24,720 nucleotides of DNA from Deferrisomatales bacterium (GTDB taxonomy: Bacteria > Desulfobacterota > Deferrisomatia > Deferrisomatales > JACRMM01). Numbering within the stretch: the stretch's first letter is position 1; each line of letters starts with the position of its first letter. This document shows positions 19,582-24,720 of this stretch, one piece after another. The position numbers and the translations under genes are program-made. The notes beneath the pieces were generated by a model, which did not search any database, was not told the origin of the DNA, and saw nothing but the letters and a program-made list of their open reading frames with translations. The DNA lies in assembly GCA_033551855.1 (NCBI GenBank), contig JAWSUI010000054.1, forward strand, positions 1-24,720, written 5' to 3'.

Positions 19582-20634
19582 ATGAAGAGCTCGCTTCTTT
19601 GGACGTCGCTGGTCGCCCTGGCCTTTCTGGGGGCGGCCTGTTCGGACCAGAACGCGCCGGTGAATCAAGCCCACCCCGACAGGTGGGCCCTCGACCACAG
19701 GGCCGATCCGAGCGCCCGCGGCGCGGCGGAGAGCTGCCGGGGCTGTCACGGCGCCGACCTGGCGGGCGGGGGCGTAGGCGTGGCCTGCCTCGACTGCCAC
19801 ATGGAAGGCCCCCCCTTCCTGAGGCACCCCGAGGACTACATCCTCACCCACGGCGCAGAGATCAGCCCCCCCGGGGCGGCGGATGCCTGCAGGGGCTGCC
19901 ACGGGCCGGACTTGGGCGGGGGCATTTCGGAGCTCGCCTGCTCCGATTGCCACACGGCGGGCAACCCCCTCCTGGCGCAGAATCGGCCCTGCGTGTCGTG
20001 CCACCACGTGCCCCCCAGCGAGCCGTCGGCAGCCCTCGCGGACCGGCCCAACCGCGCCGGCGCCCACGTCCCCCACACCGGGCTGACGGGCGCCGCCGGC
20101 TGCAGCGGCTGCCACGACGGAGCGGGGGCGGGGACCCTGGCCCACTGGGACCCCTTCCCGCCCGCGGACGTCGCCATCCTGAGCCCGACCTATCAGGGCA
20201 ACCGGGGCAACGCGCTGTACGACTTCGACCCGGCATCCGGGACCGGCACGTGCACCAACGTGAGCTGCCACGGCGGACAGACCACCCCGCCCTGGGAGGG
20301 CGGGGCCCTGGTCGTCGCCCAGGACTGTCAGGCGTGCCACGAGGCAGGGCCCGAAGCGGGTTCCCCGGAGGCAAACAGCTACTTCTCCGGCACCCACCCG
20401 CTCCACGTCATCCTTGCCCCGATCCTGGGATTCTCGCCCCCCTGCGCAGCGTGTCACGACCCCGTCCGGTTGGAAGAGGGCGGCCACTTCGCAGATCTGG
20501 CGACGCCGGAGTTCGAGGGCGACCCTGCCGGCAGCCTGCGCGACGAGCTCGGCTACGTGGCGCCGACCTGCACCGTTGGATCGGCGAACCCGCAGTTCGC
20601 AGCATGCCACCCCGGCCAAACACGAACCTGGTAA
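19582..20634 (+). CDS. Multiheme c-type cytochrome lipoprotein with Geobacter-type CxxxxCH...CxxCH module (ExtG-like)
   Basis: 350 aa. Lipobox GAA-C20, 8 CxxCH plus CTNVSCH (CX4CH) plus a terminal CX11CH. Internal tandem di-heme repeat HP..(W/Y)...H...CRGCHG.DL.GG....ACxDCH. Confidence 0.85.
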   Translation: MKSSLLWTSLVALAFLGAACSDQNAPVNQAHPDRWALDHRADPSARGAAESCRGCHGADLAGGGVGVACLDCHMEGPPFLRHPEDYILTHGAEISPPGAADACRGCHGPDLGGGISELACSDCHTAGNPLLAQNRPCVSCHHVPPSEPSAALADRPNRAGAHVPHTGLTGAAGCSGCHDGAGAGTLAHWDPFPPADVAILSPTYQGNRGNALYDFDPASGTGTCTNVSCHGGQTTPPWEGGALVVAQDCQACHEAGPEAGSPEANSYFSGTHPLHVILAPILGFSPPCAACHDPVRLEEGGHFADLATPEFEGDPAGSLRDELGYVAPTCTVGSANPQFAACHPGQTRTW

Positions 20635-20793
20635 CGGGATCGGCCAGGGACGACGCCGGCGGGGGTTGGGGACCGTCGCAGCGGTGGTTCGCGACGGTAG
20701 GGAGTTGCCGTCACCGGGCGGGCGGCCTTTGGGCCGCCCGCATCCGTTCCCGGCCTCCCTGTCGTGCTCCCCCTGACCGTCGGGGAGTTTGAC

Positions 20794-21477
20794 GTGCACG
20801 ACCAGACGTCGGCGGCGGCACCCCTCCTGACGGCCCGCTCCCTCCGCGTGGAGCGGGCGGGGCGGTTGGTGGTGCACCCGGCTTCCCTGGACCTGCACGT
20901 CGGCGAGGTGCTCTGGCTCCAGGGCCCCTCGGGCTCGGGCAAGTCCACCCTGCTCCGGGCCCTGGCCCGCCTGGTGCCGTGGTCGGGGGAGCTCGCCTTG
21001 GCCGGCCGCCGCGCCGCCCGGCTGTCGCCGCGGGAGTGGCGCGCCCAGGTGGCCCTGCTCCCCTCCCCTCCCGTCCCCCTGGCAGAGACCCTGGCCGAGG
21101 ACCTCCTGGCGCCCTGGCAGCTTCGCGCCCGGCGGGGCAGGGAAGCCCCGTCCCCCGAGACCCTCGCCCGGGAGCTCGAGGCCCTGGGGCTGGGGGGCCT
21201 GGCCCTCGACCGCCCCACCCGGGAGCTCAGCCTCGGCCAGCTCGCGCGGGTCGCCTTCCTGCGCACGGTCCTATCGGGGCCCAAGGTGCTCCTCCTGGAC
21301 GAGCCGGCGGCGAACCTCGACCCGGCCTCGGCCGAGCTCCTGGCCGCCCGCGCCTTCCGGCACGCGGAGGCCGGGGGCGCGGTCTTCGCCGCGGGACACA
21401 CGACGCCATGGGAGGGGGTGCACCGGCTGCTTCGAATGGCACATGGGGGGCTCGAAACCATCGACGCCGCAATTTGA
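20794..21477 (+). CDS. ABC transporter ATP-binding protein (FetA/YbbL-like)
   Basis: Walker A GPSGSGKST, signature LSLGQ, Walker B LLLDEP, H-loop. GTG 20794 chosen for the GGGGAG RBS (alternative start 20764). A FetB-like permease lies downstream. Confidence 0.8.
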   Translation: MHDQTSAAAPLLTARSLRVERAGRLVVHPASLDLHVGEVLWLQGPSGSGKSTLLRALARLVPWSGELALAGRRAARLSPREWRAQVALLPSPPVPLAETLAEDLLAPWQLRARRGREAPSPETLARELEALGLGGLALDRPTRELSLGQLARVAFLRTVLSGPKVLLLDEPAANLDPASAELLAARAFRHAEAGGAVFAAGHTTPWEGVHRLLRMAHGGLETIDAAI

Positions 21478-21503
21478 CATGCGCCAAACGCCCACGGTAC
21501 GGT
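21474..21503 (+). promoter_or_regulatory. Putative sigma70 promoter of the toxin-antitoxin module
   Basis: Perfect TTGACA (21474-21479, overlapping the ABC ATPase stop codon), 18-nt spacer, TACGGT (21498-21503). Confidence 0.55.
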
Positions 21504-21615
21504 TGCGAGGCAGACTTTCGCTGGTCCGGGGCGCTGAGGCGCCCCAGCTCCCGTGAGATATCGGAAGGACCGAGAGCCGGGAAGGGCTCCTCGGCTCATG
21601 ACGGAAGGAACAGGC

Positions 21616-21876
21616 ATGCGCGCGGTCAAGACACACGGTTGCGTAACAGCCGATCATCGACTCGTGGTCAGCGTCCCCAAGGGGGTCGAACCCGGCCCCG
21701 TCGAGGTGATCGTGCTGCAGGAGTCCGACGCCGGGGATCGCGACCAAGCTTTCCGCCGTACCGACCACCCCGCCTTCGGCATCTGGGCAGATAGGGCGGA
21801 GGCCGCCGACCCGGTGGACCTCTCGGCTCGCCTCAGAGAGGAGGTGGAAACACGTCGTGATCGCCGTGACGGGTAG
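21616..21876 (+). CDS. Putative antitoxin partner of the PIN toxin
   Basis: ATG 21616 after AAGGA, 86 aa. Beta-rich N-terminus and an AFGIWADR motif like those seen in PIN-associated antitoxins. Overlaps the toxin start. Confidence 0.65.
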   Translation: MRAVKTHGCVTADHRLVVSVPKGVEPGPVEVIVLQESDAGDRDQAFRRTDHPAFGIWADRAEAADPVDLSARLREEVETRRDRRDG

Positions 21877-22255
21877 CCGCTGGCTCCTGGATACGTCGAT
21901 TCTCGTTGACGTCTTTCGAGGCCATGAATCAGCGAAGCTGTGGGTAGACTCCATTGCGCCGCCCCAGCGATTCCTCTCGGTCGTTACGGCGGCCGAGCTC
22001 TTGGCGGGATGCCGGAACCGCCAAGAACAGCGAGCGGTGGAGCGAGAGATCGGACTGTATCGTATCGTCTGGCTCGACGAATCCATTTCGAGGAAATCCT
22101 TCGAGCTCTATCGAACGTTCCACCTGAGTCACGGGGCCGGATTCCTCGACTGTCTCATCGCGGCAACGGGAATCACCCACGGTTTCTTGATCGCCACGCT
22201 GAACCTCAAGCACTTCGAGCCGCTGAGCGGGGTCAAAGCCCGCGTGCCGTACTGA
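21857..22255 (+). CDS. vapC: PIN-domain toxin (VapC family)
   Basis: 132 aa. LLDTSILVD, SVVTAAELLAG and DCLIAAT...ATLNLKHF carry the conserved acidic PIN residues. Confidence 0.9.
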   Translation: MIAVTGSRWLLDTSILVDVFRGHESAKLWVDSIAPPQRFLSVVTAAELLAGCRNRQEQRAVEREIGLYRIVWLDESISRKSFELYRTFHLSHGAGFLDCLIAATGITHGFLIATLNLKHFEPLSGVKARVPY

Positions 22256-22298
22256 CTCTGGTGCCCCAGAGCGCCTCCCGAGCCGTGAAGGCGAGCTC

Positions 22299-23099
22299 AT
22301 GACCGGCGCCATCCCCATCGGCCCGTGGGAGCTGATGCTGGCCTCCGGGTTCCTGGTGGCCGCCGCGGGGCTCTCCCTGGCCCTCTCCCTGGGGATGGTG
22401 CGCTCCCTCCTCTGGTCCGCCGCCCGAGCCTACGTTCAGCTCATCGCCCTCGGCTTCGTCCTCCAGTGGGTGTTCCGCACCTCGAACCCGTGGGTGGTCG
22501 CCGGCCTCCTGGCCCTCATGATGCTCTTCGGGGCCCAGACCCTGCTGGCCCGGGTCGTGGGGCGCCCGCCGGGGCTTTTCCCCCGGAGCCTCGGGGCGAT
22601 CGCCTCCTCCGGGCTCCTGGTGACCTTCGCGGTGACCGCCCTGGTGGTGGGCGTGGAGCCCTGGTACGAGCCCCGGTACGTGATCCCCATCGCCGGGATG
22701 GTCGTCGGGAACTCGATGAACGGCATGGCGCTCTGCCTGGACCGCCTGTTCGGAGACCTGCGCTCCCGCTCCGCCCAGATCGAGGCCCTGCTGGCCCTGG
22801 GGGCGACCCCCTGGGAGGCGGTGCGGCCCAGCGCCCGGGCGGCCTTCCGGGCCGGCCTCATCCCCACCCTCAACTCCATGAGCGCCGCGGGGGTGGTCTT
22901 CATCCCCGGGATGATGACCGGCCAGGTGCTCTCCGGCACCGACCCCCGGGTGGCCGCCGCCTACCAGATCGTGGTGCTCCTCATGATCTCCGCCGCTACC
23001 GCCCTGGGGGCGGCGGTCGCGGTGCTCGGAGGCTACCGGAAGGCCTTCGACGCCGAGGACCGGTTCTCCCTGGCGTCAGCGGTGCCGCGGGAGGGTTGA
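22299..23099 (+). CDS. fetB: ABC transporter permease, UPF0014 family (FetB/YbbM-like)
   Basis: 266 aa multi-TM protein. RAYVQL..LG, PRYVIPIAGMVVGNSMN, LALGATPWEA and GVVFIPGMMTGQVLSG...YQI motifs. Confidence 0.88.
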   Translation: MTGAIPIGPWELMLASGFLVAAAGLSLALSLGMVRSLLWSAARAYVQLIALGFVLQWVFRTSNPWVVAGLLALMMLFGAQTLLARVVGRPPGLFPRSLGAIASSGLLVTFAVTALVVGVEPWYEPRYVIPIAGMVVGNSMNGMALCLDRLFGDLRSRSAQIEALLALGATPWEAVRPSARAAFRAGLIPTLNSMSAAGVVFIPGMMTGQVLSGTDPRVAAAYQIVVLLMISAATALGAAVAVLGGYRKAFDAEDRFSLASAVPREG

Positions 23100-23113
23100 C
23101 GCGGGGGCGGGGA

Positions 23114-23656
23114 TCAGGCTCCCTTTTCCAGGGCCTTCACGACCCGATGGGCGACGAGGCCCGTGAGCGTGCCCGCTAGGACGGCCAGGGCGCCGAGGAG
23201 GGGGAGGAGCGACCAGAGGGCCGGCGTGCGGAGCAGCAGGGCGGCCAGGAGGAGCTGCGCGAGGACGTTGCCCTGGGCGCCGAGGACGCTCACCCCGACG
23301 AAACCCAGGGGTGGGGACGCCCGAAGGGCGGCGGCCATGATCCCGAGCGCGGCCCCCGTGCCGGCCAGGGAGAGGAGGAAGGCAGGGGACAGGAGCCGCC
23401 CGGCCAGGAGGCTCCCCACCAGCACCTTGCCCGCCGCGACCCACAGGCCCTCCCGGCCGCCCCAGCGGTGGAGCGTCACCAGGACCACGGCGTTGCCGAG
23501 CCCGAGGCGGAACCACGGGACCGGGCTCGGGACCAGGGACTCCGCCGCCTGGACCGCGCCGGCCAAGGCGATCAGGAGGCCCAGCCGTGCGAGGCGGCGG
23601 GTCTGGGGCTCCGCCCCGGCGGTCCCCCCCGGGTCCACGTTCCTGCCCGCCTCCAT
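23114..23656 (-). CDS. Gx transporter family membrane protein (heptaprenyl diphosphate synthase component I-like)
   Basis: 180 aa from ATG 23656. ESLVPSPVPWFRLGLGNAVVL and GVSVLGA..N..Q motifs, hydrophobic throughout, downstream of the NusG-II gene as is usual for this family. Confidence 0.8.
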   Translation of the reverse strand: MEAGRNVDPGGTAGAEPQTRRLARLGLLIALAGAVQAAESLVPSPVPWFRLGLGNAVVLVTLHRWGGREGLWVAAGKVLVGSLLAGRLLSPAFLLSLAGTGAALGIMAAALRASPPLGFVGVSVLGAQGNVLAQLLLAALLLRTPALWSLLPLLGALAVLAGTLTGLVAHRVVKALEKGA

Positions 23657-23689
23657 CCGCCTGCCAACCTCCCCATCCCCGGGTCCCCC

Positions 23690-23793
23690 GTGGGAGCGCC
23701 CTCCCGGCCGCCACCCCTTCGCGGGCTGGAGCCCGCTCCCACCAGGGAGCCAGTCCGCGCCGGGCCTCGTGGGAGGGCCCTCCCAAGCGCGAA
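23690..23793. repeat. Cluster of three REP-like palindromic units (forward-reverse-forward)
   Basis: GTGGGAGCGCCCTCCCGGCCGCCA (23690-23713), reverse copy GTGGGAGCGGGCTCCAGCCCGCGAA (23718-23742, minus strand), GTGGGAGGGCCCTCCCAAGCGCGAA (23769-23793). Confidence 0.72.
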
Positions 23794-23817
23794 CCGGGCC
23801 GCAGGCCCGGCCGCGTT

Positions 23818-24186
23818 CTAGCGCCCGACGGCGTCCACCCCCCCCTCGTCTGCCCCGACGACCCGCAGGGCGACGCGGTTGGGAAGGCAGGCCACCACCT
23901 GCCCGGGCCGCGTCACGGGACCCGCTGCGACGCAGAGCTTGTCGGGGCAGGGGCTGTCCTCCACCCGCACGGCGCCGGCATCCAGCCGGACCCTCGTGGT
24001 TCCCAGCGGACCGTCCACGGCCAGCTCTCGAGAACCCGCCAGGGGCTCGGTGCGGACTCCCGACACCGAGACCACTTGCACCGCGGCCGGCGTTTTCGTG
24101 CCCCAGGCCGGCCAGAGATACACGTGCAGGGCCAGGAGGCCGACCAGGAGCAGCCCGTCCAGCACCGTGAACGCCCGCCGCCTCAC
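23818..24186 (-). CDS. Membrane-anchored NusG domain II-containing protein
   Basis: 122 aa. N-terminal TM, GPLG, SPCPDKLC and ACLPNRV motifs. GTG start overlaps the apbE stop (GTGA). Confidence 0.85.
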   Translation of the reverse strand: MRRRAFTVLDGLLLVGLLALHVYLWPAWGTKTPAAVQVVSVSGVRTEPLAGSRELAVDGPLGTTRVRLDAGAVRVEDSPCPDKLCVAAGPVTRPGQVVACLPNRVALRVVGADEGGVDAVGR

Positions 24187-24720
24187 CGGGGGGACGCCTC
24201 CGGCACCCTGCGCCGGAACCCCGACGTCTCCCCCACCGAGCCCTCCGCACCCACCACCAGCCCCTCCGCCTCGGGCTCGGCTTCGAGGAGGGCCAGCCCC
24301 TCCTCGGGCCCCAGCACGAAGACCGCGGTCGCCAGGGCATCGGCGGTCAGGGCGTCAGGCGCCCACACGGTGACGGCCTGGCAGCCACGGGCCGGCCGGC
24401 CCGTGCGGGGGTCGAAGACGTGCGCCGCGCGCTCGTAGTCGCCGGAGGTGACGAGGGCGCCCTCGGAGGGGCTCACCACCCGAAGGAACGAGCCGGGCTC
24501 CCGGGGGTGCTGGATCCCCACCCTCCAGGCCGAGGGCCCCTTGGCGCCGGCCACGAAGAGGTCGCCCCCGGCGTCGACGATGAAGTCCCGGGCCCCCCGG
24601 CCCCGGAGGGCGGCGACGGCCCGGTCGACCCCATACCCCTTGGCGATGCCGCCCAGGTCGAGGGCGGCGCCCCCCAGGTCGAGCCGGTGCCCCTCGGGCT
24701 CCCAGGCCAGGCGCTCCCAC
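24183..24720 (-). CDS. apbE: FAD:protein FMN transferase ApbE, 3' part (partial)
   Basis: Frame from 24719 is open to the window edge: LDLGGIAKGYGVD, VDAGGD, WRVGIQHPR, TSGDYER, HVFDPRTG, ADALAT. Confidence 0.93.
   Translation of the reverse strand, partial: WERLAWEPEGHRLDLGGAALDLGGIAKGYGVDRAVAALRGRGARDFIVDAGGDLFVAGAKGPSAWRVGIQHPREPGSFLRVVSPSEGALVTSGDYERAAHVFDPRTGRPARGCQAVTVWAPDALTADALATAVFVLGPEEGLALLEAEPEAEGLVVGAEGSVGETSGFRRRVPEASPR

Noticed and set aside
23818..24186. Functional link between nusG (588-1118) and the stand-alone NusG domain II gene
   Set aside because: The latter is membrane-anchored and belongs to the apbE-linked family, so the shared name reflects fold only.
24400..24450. 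Short loop in ApbE (TSGDYERAAHVFDPRTG) suggesting a damaged gene
   Set aside because: In frame with all catalytic motifs present, and as far as I recall short-loop ApbE variants occur naturally.
24711..24720. GTGGGAGCGC on the minus strand at the window edge, matching the REP head
   Set aside because: Lies within the apbE reading frame (W-E-R codons) and lacks the palindrome and GCGAA tail, so likely coincidence.

Overview
High-GC bacterial chromosome segment. Gene order and proteins suggest a deltaproteobacterial-type organism (Desulfobacterota/Deferrisomatota/Myxococcota-like), which is an inference. Bases 1-12210 are the ordinary core cluster tuf(3' end)-rpmG-tRNA-Trp-secE-nusG-rplK-rplA-rplJ-rplL-rpoB-rpoC, with recognisable L1 and L10 leaders. 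Directly after rpoC, where rpsL-rpsG-fusA often follows, sits an extracellular electron transfer locus. It has two tandem, separately terminated OmcA/MtrC-like decaheme lipoproteins with an unusual 1+5+4 heme layout (apparent circular permutation of heme 10 to the N-terminus). These are followed by a Geobacter Ext-type beta-barrel, a pentaheme lipoprotein and a ~10-heme lipoprotein with CX4CH and CX11CH motifs. The intergenic DNA records a tandem duplication: the porin promoter and first 12 codons are copied in front of cytochrome 2. Both cytochromes also share a covarying leader hairpin. Downstream are fetA/fetB-like ABC genes split by a PIN toxin-antitoxin module, and a convergent apbE / NusG-domain-II / Gx-transporter cluster containing a three-unit REP-like element. 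All family assignments come from motif recognition, not database searches.
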